Position numbers and translations under genes: made by a program
Assembly (NCBI GenBank): GCA_965223155.1
Contig: CBDCVR010000015.1
Span: forward strand, 96,001-160,000
DNA: 64,000 nucleotides
Source of the DNA: Candidatus Multivoradales bacterium
GTDB lineage: Bacteria > Acidobacteriota > Thermoanaerobaculia > Multivoradales > JAHEKO01
Reading direction: 5' to 3'
Part shown: positions 11,404 to 20,804 of the stretch, piece after piece
How positions within the stretch are numbered: the first letter of the stretch is position 1
How the letters are laid out: every line of letters begins with the position of its first letter
The notes under the pieces: generated by a model
Told to the model about the DNA's origin: nothing
Database searches by the model: none
What the model saw: the letters and a program-made list of their open reading frames with translations, nothing else

Positions 11404-12222
11404 ATGGGGTCTTCGATAGAGCTCGCGCCCGGCGTATCCCTCGGGGGCGAGACGCTGGCGCTGGTCGCCGGCCCGTGCGTCATCGAAGGCGAGGACGAGC
11501 TCTTCCAGGCCGCCGACGCGGTCGCCGCCATTGCCCGGAATCTCGGAACCACGATCGTTTTCAAGGCCTCCTACGACAAGGCCAATCGCAGCTCGGCTCG
11601 GAGCTTCCGCGGTCCCGGACTCGAGGCCGGACTCGCGCTCCTGGCCCGCGTCAAGGAGCGCACCGGAATGGCCCTCCTGACCGACGTCCACGAGCCGGCC
11701 CAGTGCGCGCCGGCCGCTGAGGTGTGTGAGGTCCTCCAGATCCCTGCGTTCTTGTGCCGGCAGACCGACCTTCTGACCGCGGCCGGCGCGACCGGCCGCG
11801 CCATCAACATCAAGAAGGGCCAGTTCATGGCGCCTGACGACATGCGGCTGGCGGTCGACAAGGTTCGCGGAGCCGGCGGCGAGCGGGTCTCGGTGACCGA
11901 GCGTGGCAGCACGTTCGGCTACAACAATCTCGTGGTCGACATGCGGTCCTTTGCCATGCTCCACAAGCACGGCGTCCCGGTCTTCTTCGACGCCACCCAT
12001 TCGCTTCAGCTTCCGGGCGCCGCCGGCGACGAGACCGGCGGACTGCGCGAGTTCGCCGAGCCGCTGGCGCGCGCGGCGGTTGCCGCGGGCGCGGACGGCG
12101 TCTACATGGAGGTTCATCCCGATCCGGACCGCGCCCGTTCCGACAAAGCCACGCAGTTGCCGCCCGAGCGCGCCGAAAGGCTGTTGGCGACGCTTCTCCA
12201 GCTCAAGGAGAGCCTGGAATGA
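11404..12222 (+). CDS. kdsA: Kdo-8-phosphate synthase
   Basis: AGPCVIE, KASYDKANRSS, IPAFLCRQTDL, KKGQF, ERG..FGY, DATHS. Confidence 0.97.
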   Translation: MGSSIELAPGVSLGGETLALVAGPCVIEGEDELFQAADAVAAIARNLGTTIVFKASYDKANRSSARSFRGPGLEAGLALLARVKERTGMALLTDVHEPAQCAPAAEVCEVLQIPAFLCRQTDLLTAAGATGRAINIKKGQFMAPDDMRLAVDKVRGAGGERVSVTERGSTFGYNNLVVDMRSFAMLHKHGVPVFFDATHSLQLPGAAGDETGGLREFAEPLARAAVAAGADGVYMEVHPDPDRARSDKATQLPPERAERLLATLLQLKESLE

Positions 12223-13232
12223 GCGATCGCGACCCCAGCCGTCCGCAAGCGAACGATCCGGCCGCGAACCCCGGTCGCACGCCGCGCGAGGTAGCCCAGG
12301 AAGTGCTCGAGATCGAAGCCGCCGCCGTAGGCGCCCTGACCAACCGGCTGGACGAGAGCTTCGATCGCGCCGTGGCGGTCCTCGCCTCCTGCCAGGGACG
12401 GGTCGTCTGCACCGGCATGGGCAAGAGCGGGCTCATCATGAAGAAGGTCGCGGCCACCTTGTCCTCGACCGGAACGCCGGCTCTCTTCCTGCATCCTGCC
12501 GAGGCCATCCACGGCGACCTGGGCATGATCGCCGCCGGTGACGTCGTCGTCGCCGCTTCGTTCTCGGGAGCCACCCAGGAGCTCCTACGTTTAGCCGAGC
12601 TCCTGCGCCGGTTGGATGTGCCTCTGGTGGTCCTGACCGGCAACCGGTCGAGTCCGCTTGCCGGCGCCGCCGACCTTCACCTGCCGGTCGAGATCGACCA
12701 GGAGGCGTGCCCTCTCAACCTGGCGCCCACCGCCTCGACGACGGCCACGCTAGCGATGGGCGACGCGCTGGCGATGGCGCTTCTCGAGGCGCGAGGCTTT
12801 ACCCAGGAGGACTTTGCGCGTCTCCATCCAGGCGGCAACCTGGGGCGCCAGCTCCTGACCGTGGACGAGCTCATGCACTCGGGCGCTGATCTCCCAAGCG
12901 TACGAGACGATGCCCCGATGCGGTCGGTAGTGCGCGAGATCTCGGCCAAGGGCTTCGGCATCACCGCCGTGACCGACGAGGAGGGCAACCTGCTGGGCTG
13001 TGTCACCGACGGCGATCTGCGCCGGGCTCTCGAAACCGGAGGCGAGATTCTGCCGTTGACCGCCCGGGACTGCATGACGGGCGAGCCCAGGACCATTCAG
13101 CGCGGCGAGCTGGCTTCGGCCGCTCTTCACGAGATGGAAGACAAGCGCATCACGGCGCTCTTCGTCTGCCGGGAGCGTTCCCTCGAAGGGCTCATCCACC
13201 TTCACGACCTCTGGCGCCTCGAACTCTTCTAG
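12219..13232 (+). CDS. kdsD: Arabinose-5-phosphate isomerase (KpsF/GutQ, SIS + CBS)
   Basis: GMGKSG, HPAEAIHGDLG, EACPLNLAPTAST, HPGG.LG and a CBS pair. Confidence 0.95.
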   Translation: MSDRDPSRPQANDPAANPGRTPREVAQEVLEIEAAAVGALTNRLDESFDRAVAVLASCQGRVVCTGMGKSGLIMKKVAATLSSTGTPALFLHPAEAIHGDLGMIAAGDVVVAASFSGATQELLRLAELLRRLDVPLVVLTGNRSSPLAGAADLHLPVEIDQEACPLNLAPTASTTATLAMGDALAMALLEARGFTQEDFARLHPGGNLGRQLLTVDELMHSGADLPSVRDDAPMRSVVREISAKGFGITAVTDEEGNLLGCVTDGDLRRALETGGEILPLTARDCMTGEPRTIQRGELASAALHEMEDKRITALFVCRERSLEGLIHLHDLWRLELF

Positions 13233-13240
13233 GTCCGAGC

Positions 13241-13789
13241 ATGAGCGGACTGACCCAGGAAGACTTTGCGCGGCGGGCGAGAGAGATTCGCTGGCTGCTG
13301 CTCGACTGCGACGGCGTCCTGACCGACGGCGGCATCTACTACGACCGACGCGGCCACGGCCTCTTGCGCTTCAACGTCCAGGACGGGCTCGGCGTTCGGC
13401 TCGCGCAACGCTCGGGCCTGCGCTGCGCCATCCTGTCCGGCCGGGCCTCGAGGGCGCTCGCGCTCCGCGCCAAGGAGCTCGACATCGAAGAACTCATCAT
13501 GGGCTCGAAGGACAAGGCCACCGACTTCGATCGCTTCCTCGAGCGGGTCGGCGCCGAGCCCCGCCAGGTGGCCTGCGCCGGCGACGATCTCGGTGACCTG
13601 CGTATCCTGGGCCGGTGCGGCCTCTCGTTCGCTCCGGTCAATGCCGCGGCCCAAGTCCGGGCGGTGGCGCATCGCGTGCTGAGCCGTCCCGGCGGGCGCG
13701 GCGCGGTTCGAGAGCTGGTGGAAGCCTTGCTCGAGGCGCGGGGTGAATGGCCGGAGATTCTCTCGAGCTTTTCTCTCGAAGCTCCGTGA
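13241..13789 (+). CDS. kdsC: Kdo-8-phosphate phosphatase (HAD)
   Basis: DCDGVLTDG, FNVQDG, GDDLGD, GGRGAVRE; operon context. Confidence 0.93.
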   Translation: MSGLTQEDFARRAREIRWLLLDCDGVLTDGGIYYDRRGHGLLRFNVQDGLGVRLAQRSGLRCAILSGRASRALALRAKELDIEELIMGSKDKATDFDRFLERVGAEPRQVACAGDDLGDLRILGRCGLSFAPVNAAAQVRAVAHRVLSRPGGRGAVRELVEALLEARGEWPEILSSFSLEAP

Positions 13790-14697
13790 GCAGGCAGCGG
13801 CGCAAGCCGACGCCGCGACGGCGCTTCCGGTCGGCGATCCTGCGTGTTGTGTTCTTGGGCTTCAAGCCCTACTGCGGCGCGCGCACCTGGAGCTCGGTCC
13901 AGGCAACCGGTCGCAGGCTGGGTACCCTGGCCTGGAAACTGAGCGGCCGGGACCGGCGTCGAGCGCTCGCCCACCTCGAGATCGCCTTCCCAGAGCAATC
14001 CGACGTCGAACGGCTGAGTCTGGCTCGTGCCTCGGCGCGAGCTCTCGGCATGAACGCCACTGAGATTCTGCATCTCGTGGCTCGCGGCGTCGAAGAAGCC
14101 CGGCGGCACCTGAGCGTCGTGGGCTGGGAGCACGTGGAGGCGGCTCTGTCGGCCTCGGGCAGCGTCATGATCACCACCGCGCATTGCGGCAACTGGGAGC
14201 TCTTGGGACCCGCTTTCCGACTCCACGACCAGCTCCTCCACGCTCTGGTCCGAGGCCAGCAGGAGAACTGGATGGCCGAGGCGGTCAGCGACTACCGGCG
14301 TCGGCTGGGCACGGTGGCGATCGCCCGCGGCGAGGCGGGATCGGCTGCCCGTTTGCTCGGTGTACGGCGTTCCGGGGGTGCGCTGGCGGTCCTGGTGGAC
14401 CAGGACATCCGGGCCGACAGCGTCTTCGTGCCCTTCTTTGGGCGGCCGGCCCACACTCCCGTGGGCCCAGCCGAGATGGCCCTGCGCTGGGACCTCCCGG
14501 TGGTGCCGGCCTTTGCCGCGCGCCTGCCCGACGGCAGCCACACGCTGACCTTCCATCGGCCGCTCGAAGAGCGCGCTGACGCCGAGGCCCTTACGGCCGC
14601 CGTGACCCACGCCATCGAGGCTCAGATCCGGCGTCATCCCGAGCAATGGGTGTGGGCTCACCGGCGCTGGCGGCGCCGGCCTCAGAGCAACGACTAG
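13786..14697 (+). CDS. lpxL: Lipid A late acyltransferase (LpxL/HtrB family)
   Basis: HCGNWE, LVDQD, VPFFG, PEQWVWAHRRW. GTG start overlaps the kdsC stop (GTGA). Confidence 0.85.
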   Translation: MSRQRRKPTPRRRFRSAILRVVFLGFKPYCGARTWSSVQATGRRLGTLAWKLSGRDRRRALAHLEIAFPEQSDVERLSLARASARALGMNATEILHLVARGVEEARRHLSVVGWEHVEAALSASGSVMITTAHCGNWELLGPAFRLHDQLLHALVRGQQENWMAEAVSDYRRRLGTVAIARGEAGSAARLLGVRRSGGALAVLVDQDIRADSVFVPFFGRPAHTPVGPAEMALRWDLPVVPAFAARLPDGSHTLTFHRPLEERADAEALTAAVTHAIEAQIRRHPEQWVWAHRRWRRRPQSND

Positions 14698-14733
14698 CCG
14701 CGTCTTCCGAGGCGCTTGCCACCGCGTGCCGTC

Positions 14734-15543
14734 TTAGGACTTGGCGGCGCCGCGCGCCCGTGCCGAGATCGCCGCGGCGGCGACACCCAGAAGATAGAGG
14801 AAGATCGCGGGTATCGCGAAGATACATAGATTGACCACGTCCGGGGTCGGCGTCACCAAAGCCGCAGCTACGAAGATGAGCAGAACCGCCCAGCGGAAGT
14901 TGCGCATCAGAAAGGCCGGGGTTACGACCCCGATCTGGGCCAGGAAGAAGATCACGATCGGCAGCTCGAACATGAGGCCGAGCCCCAGCACCACCACCAT
15001 GAGAAAGCGAAAGTAGCGATCGACCGTGATGACGGGCTCGAACGCCGATCCCATCTGGACGAGGAACTCCACCGCGAACGGAAACGCCACGTAGTACGCA
15101 AAGGCACCACCGGCGACGAAAAACGCCGTCCCGAAGAAGATGAAGGGAAAGGCATACAGCCGCTCGCGACGGTAGAGACCGGGCGCCACGAACCGCCACA
15201 ACTGGTAGAGCACGACCGGGCTGGCCACGAACAGGGCGACGAGCGCGGCGACCTTGACGTAGAGAATGAACGGATCGGTGACCCCCAGAAAGGCCAGCTT
15301 CTTGTCGGGCACCACCTCATACACCGGCCGAGCCAGAAAGCCGGCGATCTCCTCGACGAAGACCCAGCACCCCAGGAACGCCACGAAAACCGCAAGCAAC
15401 GAACGCACGATCCTGCGGCGCAGCTCGTTGAGATGCTCGATCAGGGTCATCTTCTCGAGCGGCTCGCCCGCGCCACCGGCGGCGTCCTCCCGTCCACCCG
15501 ACGGCAGGCTGCTCGGCCGCTCGGCCGAGAGCGGCTCGCTCAT
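14734..15543 (-). CDS. tatC: Twin-arginine translocase subunit TatC
   Basis: HLNELRRR, QLWRFVAPGLY..ER, FELP, TPTPD. Confidence 0.96.
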   Translation of the reverse strand: MSEPLSAERPSSLPSGGREDAAGGAGEPLEKMTLIEHLNELRRRIVRSLLAVFVAFLGCWVFVEEIAGFLARPVYEVVPDKKLAFLGVTDPFILYVKVAALVALFVASPVVLYQLWRFVAPGLYRRERLYAFPFIFFGTAFFVAGGAFAYYVAFPFAVEFLVQMGSAFEPVITVDRYFRFLMVVVLGLGLMFELPIVIFFLAQIGVVTPAFLMRNFRWAVLLIFVAAALVTPTPDVVNLCIFAIPAIFLYLLGVAAAAISARARGAAKS

Positions 15544-15890
15544 GCCTCCGGAGAGGCCTCCGGCTCGCCACCCGCGGGTTCGGACGGGTCGGCCGCCGGC
15601 TGATCACCGAGAGCCGCCGCGCCCTCGGCCCCGGAAGCCGCGTCCTCGCCGCCGTCCGCCTCAGAGCTCTCACCCCGAGCCTGGGTCGCAGTAGCCGGCC
15701 GAGGAGCGGCGTCCGGATCCAGCGTCAGCTCGTGGTCCAGAGAGCGCTTGAGGTCGCCCGTCGCCCGCCGGAACTCTCCAAGGGCGCGACCCACGGTCCG
15801 CCCGATCTCGGGCAGCCGCTTGGGGCCGAACACCAAGAGCGCCAGCACCAGGATGAAGAGGATCTCGGGAAAGCCTAAGGAACCAAACAT
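15540..15890 (-). CDS. tatA: Twin-arginine translocase TatA/TatB family subunit
   Basis: G..EIL.IL..ALLVFGPKRLPEIGR..GRALGEFRR; adjacent to tatC. Confidence 0.85.
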   Translation of the reverse strand: MFGSLGFPEILFILVLALLVFGPKRLPEIGRTVGRALGEFRRATGDLKRSLDHELTLDPDAAPRPATATQARGESSEADGGEDAASGAEGAAALGDQPAADPSEPAGGEPEASPEA

Positions 15891-15956
15891 CGACGACTCG
15901 AATCCGTACCCAGAGGAATGCGAGGTACTTCCAGGTCGAATGATACAGTCCCTGCG

Positions 15957-17621
15957 ATGCGCACGGGCTGGAAACGCATCGCCATCGCGCTGTTTGCGGC
16001 GTCGATTCTTTTCGGCGGCTTCTGGGGCAACCGCCTTCTTGCCCTACCTCACGAGGCGCGCGAGCAGCTCAAGCTCTACACCGAGTTGCTGCGCATCGCC
16101 CACGAGGAGTACGGCGCCGAAGTCGACTACCGGGCGCTGGTGGAGTCCTCGATCGGCGGCATGTTGCGCACGCTCGACCCGCACACCAGCTTCATGTCCT
16201 CCGAGGCCTACTCCTCGATGCGGGAGCGGCAGCAGTCCAGCTTCTTCGGCCTGGGCATTCTGGTCGGTATGCGCAACGGCCTATTGACCGTGGTGACACC
16301 CATCGAAGGCACGCCCGGTCACCGGATGGGACTGCGCGCGGGCGACGTGATCTCAGAGATCGAAGGCGATCCGACCGACGGCATGACCCTCAACGAAGCC
16401 GTTCGCAGGCTCAAGGGGCCGAAGGGAACCCAGGTGACGATCAGCGTCACCCGGCCCGGACTCGACAAGCCGCTGGAGATCACCATCACCCGGGACGAGA
16501 TTCCCCAGAATACGGTCCGCTACACCTACATGCTCTCCGAGGACACCGGCTATATCTCGGTCTCGGACTTCAACCGTGGCACCGGCAAGGAGGTCCAGGA
16601 GGCCATCGCCCGTCTTCAGGACGAAGGCATGGAAGGCCTGATCCTGGATCTGCGCGGTAACGGAGGCGGCCTTCTGGATCAGGCGATCGCTGTCTCGGAT
16701 CTCTTCCTGCCAGACGGCGCCAAGATCGTAGAGACTCGGGGCCGAACCCGCGACTCGTTCCAGGAGTACTACGCCTCGGACGATCCGAAGGCGCTCGACA
16801 TCCCGATCGTGATCTTGGTGGGACAGGGCACGGCGTCGGCGGCCGAGATCGTGGCCGGCGCGGTTCAGGATCACGACCTGGGGATGATCGTGGGAACTCC
16901 GACCTGGGGCAAAGGGCTGGTCCAGACCGTCTACAGCGTCTCTAACGACGCCGGCCTGGCGCTGACGACGGCCAAGTACTACACGCCCTCGGGCCGTCTG
17001 ATCCAGCGCGACTACTCGTCCTATTTCGACTACCAGACCCTCGGCAACGGGCCTCCTGGCGGCAGCGGCGACGCCGACACCGGGCTCGGCCTCGATCCCG
17101 AGACCGGCCAGGATGAGGGCTCGAACCGGAACCGGCAGACCTTTCGCACCGACCTTGGGCGCGAGGTGTACGGCGGCGGCGGCATCACTCCCGACGTCCT
17201 GGTCGAGCCCCAGTCCCTGCACGAGACCGTTCAGTATCTACTGAGCCGGAGCGCCTTCTTCGACTTCGCGGTCGAATGGACCAACACGAACGAAGTCCCG
17301 GACCGGTCCTGGCAGCCGCAAGCAGAGTTTCTGGAAGCGTTCTCGACCTGGCTCGTCGAGCAAGAGATCTCCACGGCCGACGAGTTCGCCGAGGCCGCGG
17401 CCGAAGCCGGGACCCAAGAGACCATGCTTCGCTACCTCAAGGCCGAAGTCTTCAACTCGGCCTTCGGAATCGAGGCCCGGTACCAGGTGCTGGCGGAAGG
17501 CGACAATCAGATCCTGCGCGCGCAGGAGGTGCTCGAAGAAGCCTCCGAGTTGCTGGCCCGGCGCCGGGGCCTGGAACGAACGCGCGAGCCCGAAGTGGCG
17601 TCCACGTCAGCCATCGGCTGA
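15957..17621 (+). CDS. ctpA: S41 carboxy-terminal processing protease (PDZ)
   Basis: LDPHT, PDZ GLGI, DLRGNGGG, TASAAE (Ser), GKG (Lys), TTAKYYTPSGR. ATG 15957 chosen: 7 nt after TGnTACAGT. Confidence 0.9.
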   Translation: MRTGWKRIAIALFAASILFGGFWGNRLLALPHEAREQLKLYTELLRIAHEEYGAEVDYRALVESSIGGMLRTLDPHTSFMSSEAYSSMRERQQSSFFGLGILVGMRNGLLTVVTPIEGTPGHRMGLRAGDVISEIEGDPTDGMTLNEAVRRLKGPKGTQVTISVTRPGLDKPLEITITRDEIPQNTVRYTYMLSEDTGYISVSDFNRGTGKEVQEAIARLQDEGMEGLILDLRGNGGGLLDQAIAVSDLFLPDGAKIVETRGRTRDSFQEYYASDDPKALDIPIVILVGQGTASAAEIVAGAVQDHDLGMIVGTPTWGKGLVQTVYSVSNDAGLALTTAKYYTPSGRLIQRDYSSYFDYQTLGNGPPGGSGDADTGLGLDPETGQDEGSNRNRQTFRTDLGREVYGGGGITPDVLVEPQSLHETVQYLLSRSAFFDFAVEWTNTNEVPDRSWQPQAEFLEAFSTWLVEQEISTADEFAEAAAEAGTQETMLRYLKAEVFNSAFGIEARYQVLAEGDNQILRAQEVLEEASELLARRRGLERTREPEVASTSAIG

Positions 17622-18581
17622 CGTGGCGGCTGAGCCGGAGTCTTCGAGTCCTTCGGCCAACCCGGCCGCGTACCGGTCGATCAGCCGCGCCAGCGCGGCG
17701 CGGTCGTACCCGCCCTCGAGAACGGAGACGAGCCGGCTCCCGCACCGGCGCGCCGTCCGCCCGATCGCCCGGCCCAACTCGGCGAATCCCTCTTCGGTGA
17801 CATTGAAACCGCCTAGGGGATCTCCGCTCCAGGCATCGAAGCCCGCCGACAGGAGGAGCGCCTGCGGAGCGTGCTCCTCGAGCGCTGGCAGCACCCGATC
17901 CTGGATGGCGGCCAGCCAGGAGTCGTCGCCGGTTCCGGCCGGCAGCGGCACGTTCACGGTCTTGTCCGTGCCCGGACCCGTCCCGCACTCCGCTTCGGCG
18001 CCGGTCCCCGGATAGAACGGGAACTGATGGGTGCTGGCGTAGAGCACATCGCCCCGGTCGTAGAAGATCTCCTGGGTTCCGTTGCCGTGATGGACATCGA
18101 AGTCGAAGATCGCGACCCGTTCGATTCCGTGCGCTTGGATCAGATGCTGCGCGGCGATGGCGACGTTGTTGAGGTAGCAAAACCCCATCGCCAGCTTGGA
18201 CTCCGCGTGATGGCCAGGAGGCCGCACCGCGACAAAGACGTCCTGGTCCCCACCGCAGGCGCGATCCGCACCCGTCATCGCCGCCGAGGCCGCCGAGACC
18301 GCGGCCCGGTAGGTGCCGGCGGTCAGAGGGTTGTCGCTCGACCCGAGGAGGCCGTCCCCGCGCGCCACGGCGTTGCGAAAGATCTCGAGGTAACGTGGCT
18401 CGTGAACCGCACGCGCCGCCCGTTCGAACTCGGCGTGGGTGCCGACGGTCTCGAACGTCCTCGCGCCCTGATTCCCGCCGGCGCTCAGGCCGTCCAGGAT
18501 GATCTCCAGGCGGTCGGGCCCTTCGGGAAAGCCGAACCCCGGGTCGTGCTCCTGACACGCCTCGCCGATCACGACCCGCAT
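17607..18581 (-). CDS. Zn-dependent histone deacetylase family protein
   Basis: RPPGHHA, GFCYLNN, DFDVHHGNGT, SAGFD and EGGY all intact. Confidence 0.93.
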   Translation of the reverse strand: MRVVIGEACQEHDPGFGFPEGPDRLEIILDGLSAGGNQGARTFETVGTHAEFERAARAVHEPRYLEIFRNAVARGDGLLGSSDNPLTAGTYRAAVSAASAAMTGADRACGGDQDVFVAVRPPGHHAESKLAMGFCYLNNVAIAAQHLIQAHGIERVAIFDFDVHHGNGTQEIFYDRGDVLYASTHQFPFYPGTGAEAECGTGPGTDKTVNVPLPAGTGDDSWLAAIQDRVLPALEEHAPQALLLSAGFDAWSGDPLGGFNVTEEGFAELGRAIGRTARRCGSRLVSVLEGGYDRAALARLIDRYAAGLAEGLEDSGSAATSADG

Positions 18582-18614
18582 GCCGGTATCTTAGCCCGCC
18601 TCCGCTCGGGAGCA

Positions 18615-19274
18615 TCAGGCCGCCGCCGAGCGCGGACCCAGCTCGACCCCGTCCTCGAGCAGCCGGCGCCGCACCCGGTAGACAAGGGAATCGATCGAGG
18701 TGGGAGTGAGCGCGCCTCCGAATCGTTTCGAGATCTCCCGGCTGGTGAGACCGCCGACGAAGACCATGACCAGCACTCGCAGATTTCGCTCCTGCTGGCG
18801 GCCGGCCGCGGCCGAGCGCAAGCGCGCAACGAGCAGGCGGCGGTCGTCGCGCACGAGCGCCCGCCGCTCGGGGGTCGAGCGGCAATCAGCGGCTGTGCGC
18901 TCGGCCAGCCTGTCGTCCAGGGGCACCAGACGATCCAGGCCCCGCTTTTCGGCCCGCTCCCGGCGCAGGGCATCGCGAGCCACCCGCTCGCCCAGGGTCA
19001 GAAAGAACGCGAAGAGCGCCCGGTCGTCGGTCTCACGGCAGCACCCAAGGACTCTGCGATCGTTCTTCAGGATCTTGCAATAGCAATCCTGCAAGCAGTC
19101 TTCGAGCCGTTGGCGGTAGGCGTAGCGGACACCAGCGGCTCGCAAGGCTCGGCTGATGCCGCGCCGCAGAGCCGGCTCGAAGCGTTCCAGGAAGAGTCTC
19201 CAGGCCTCCTCGTTGCCGGTTCCGGCGGCCTCGCGGCACTCCTGCACCACCTGCCAATTGGTTTTCTCGTTCAA
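18615..19274 (-). CDS. ECF-like sigma70 factor (divergent, Cys-rich)
   Basis: EEAW..FLERF...EDCLQD region-2-like segment; GLTSREIS...SIDSLVYRVRRRL region-4 HTH; TTG start with AGGAG SD. Confidence 0.7.
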   Translation of the reverse strand: MNEKTNWQVVQECREAAGTGNEEAWRLFLERFEPALRRGISRALRAAGVRYAYRQRLEDCLQDCYCKILKNDRRVLGCCRETDDRALFAFFLTLGERVARDALRRERAEKRGLDRLVPLDDRLAERTAADCRSTPERRALVRDDRRLLVARLRSAAAGRQQERNLRVLVMVFVGGLTSREISKRFGGALTPTSIDSLVYRVRRRLLEDGVELGPRSAAA

Positions 19275-19276
19275 GG

Positions 19277-19303
19277 CTCCACTCCTTTCGGTTAGGAGTG
19301 GAG
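19277..19303 (-). promoter_or_regulatory. Perfect 10-bp hairpin sequestering the SD of the ECF-like sigma gene
   Basis: Minus strand CTCCACTCCT-AACCGAA-AGGAGTGGAG, then CC-TTG start. Confidence 0.65.
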
Positions 19304-19318
19304 GCGCGATCCGGAAAC

Positions 19319-19345
19319 AAAAAAAGGCCCAGCAGTCGCTGGACC
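19319..19345 (-). terminator. Intrinsic terminator downstream of rpmG / upstream of the sigma gene
   Basis: Minus strand GGTCCAGC-GACT-GCTGGGCC followed by T7. Confidence 0.8.
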
Positions 19346-19360
19346 ACGGCAGGCGCGTTC

Positions 19361-19389
19361 AGGGTATCACGCGGGACGCCGGCGCACAA
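19361..19389 (-). promoter_or_regulatory. Candidate sigma70 promoter with extended -10
   Basis: Minus strand TTGTGC-N17-TACCT-like box (TACCCT) with TGn immediately before the -10. Confidence 0.45.
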
Positions 19390-19413
19390 TGCGGCCGGCC
19401 CCGCGGGGTCGAC

Positions 19414-19569
19414 TTAGCGCAGCTTCTCTTCGACGAAGTCCACGTGCTTGCGCACCTTCGGATCGTACTTCTTGAGCTTCAGCTTTTCAGTCGAGAGTCG
19501 CTTGTTCTTGTCGGTGGTGTAGAAGTATCCGGTCCCGGCACTCGAAACCAACTTGATCTTCTCTCGCAT
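19414..19569 (-). CDS. rpmG: 50S ribosomal protein bL33 (zinc-free, C- type)
   Basis: Hand translation [51 protein letters not shown] (51 aa); GGAGG SD; absent from the ORF track. Confidence 0.97.
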   Translation of the reverse strand: MREKIKLVSSAGTGYFYTTDKNKRLSTEKLKLKKYDPKVRKHVDFVEEKLR

Positions 19570-19593
19570 CGGTACCTCCGTACCTCGAAAAAT

Positions 19594-19671
19594 TGGCGGG
19601 GCCGACGGGACTCGAACCCGCGACCTCCGGCGTGACAGGCCGGCGTTCTAACCAAACTGAACTACGACCCC
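19594..19671 (-). tRNA. tRNA-Asp(GTC)
   Basis: GGGGTCG acceptor stem, CCGGC-CTGTCAC-GCCGG anticodon arm, GTTCGAGTC T-loop, encoded CCA. Confidence 0.97.
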
Positions 19672-19692
19672 GCATGTCAATCCTTGAGTGGA

Positions 19693-19767
19693 TGGTGGGA
19701 GGTGAGGGACTTGAACCCCCGACCCCCTGCGTGTAAAGCAGGTGCTCTCCCACTGAGCTAACCTCCC
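19693..19767 (-). tRNA. tRNA-Val(TAC)
   Basis: GGGAGGT acceptor stem, CCTGC-TTTACAC-GCAGG anticodon arm, GTTCAAGTC, encoded CCA. Confidence 0.97.
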
Positions 19768-19794
19768 CGCGCGCCCCCTCGCCAGAGGGCGCCA

Positions 19795-19824
19795 ATACTA
19801 CGAACCCCTTGAGGCGAAAGTCAA
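19795..19824 (-). promoter_or_regulatory. sigma70 promoter of the tRNA-Val/tRNA-Asp/rpmG operon
   Basis: Minus strand TTGACT-N18-TAGTAT followed by a GC-rich discriminator. Confidence 0.65.
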
Positions 19825-19983
19825 ACGCCACCGCCGCCGGGCGCTGGCGCCCTTCTCGGCCGCTGGATTGGCTCCCGGCCGCTGCTGGCCCACCGAAAAT
19901 CACCATGACACAATCGCGTTCCGCATTCTGACGGTGGCCGCTCCGTTCGGCCCATCGTACGTACCGGACACGAAGGAGGAACC

Positions 19984-20586
<603 letters not shown>

Positions 20587-20618
20587 GGCCGAAATTTTCC
20601 ACTCTCGGTCACAATTTT

Positions 20619-20655
20619 TGGCGACTCGGCGCGATGCCGAGTCGCCATTTCTTAT
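20619..20655 (+). terminator. Intrinsic terminator of sodA
   Basis: 12-bp perfect stem TGGCGACTCGGC/GCCGAGTCGCCA followed by TTTCTTAT. Confidence 0.75.
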
Positions 20656-20775
20656 CTTGCCGAATCCCCGATCTTTTCCGCGTCCGGTACGGCGACTCTC
20701 TAAGTCCTTGCAATGTAGACAGATAGAGATATTCGCATAGCTTCGGCACATCTCCAGTGCCGGCCCGAGGCTGAC

Positions 20776-20790
20776 TGGCACAGCCATTGC
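20776..20790 (+). promoter_or_regulatory. sigma54 (-24/-12) promoter
   Basis: TGGCAC-AGCCA-TTGC, an exact GG-N10-GC consensus, 14 nt before ATG 20805. Confidence 0.7.
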
Positions 20791-20804
20791 GCTACCTGGT
20801 GGCC

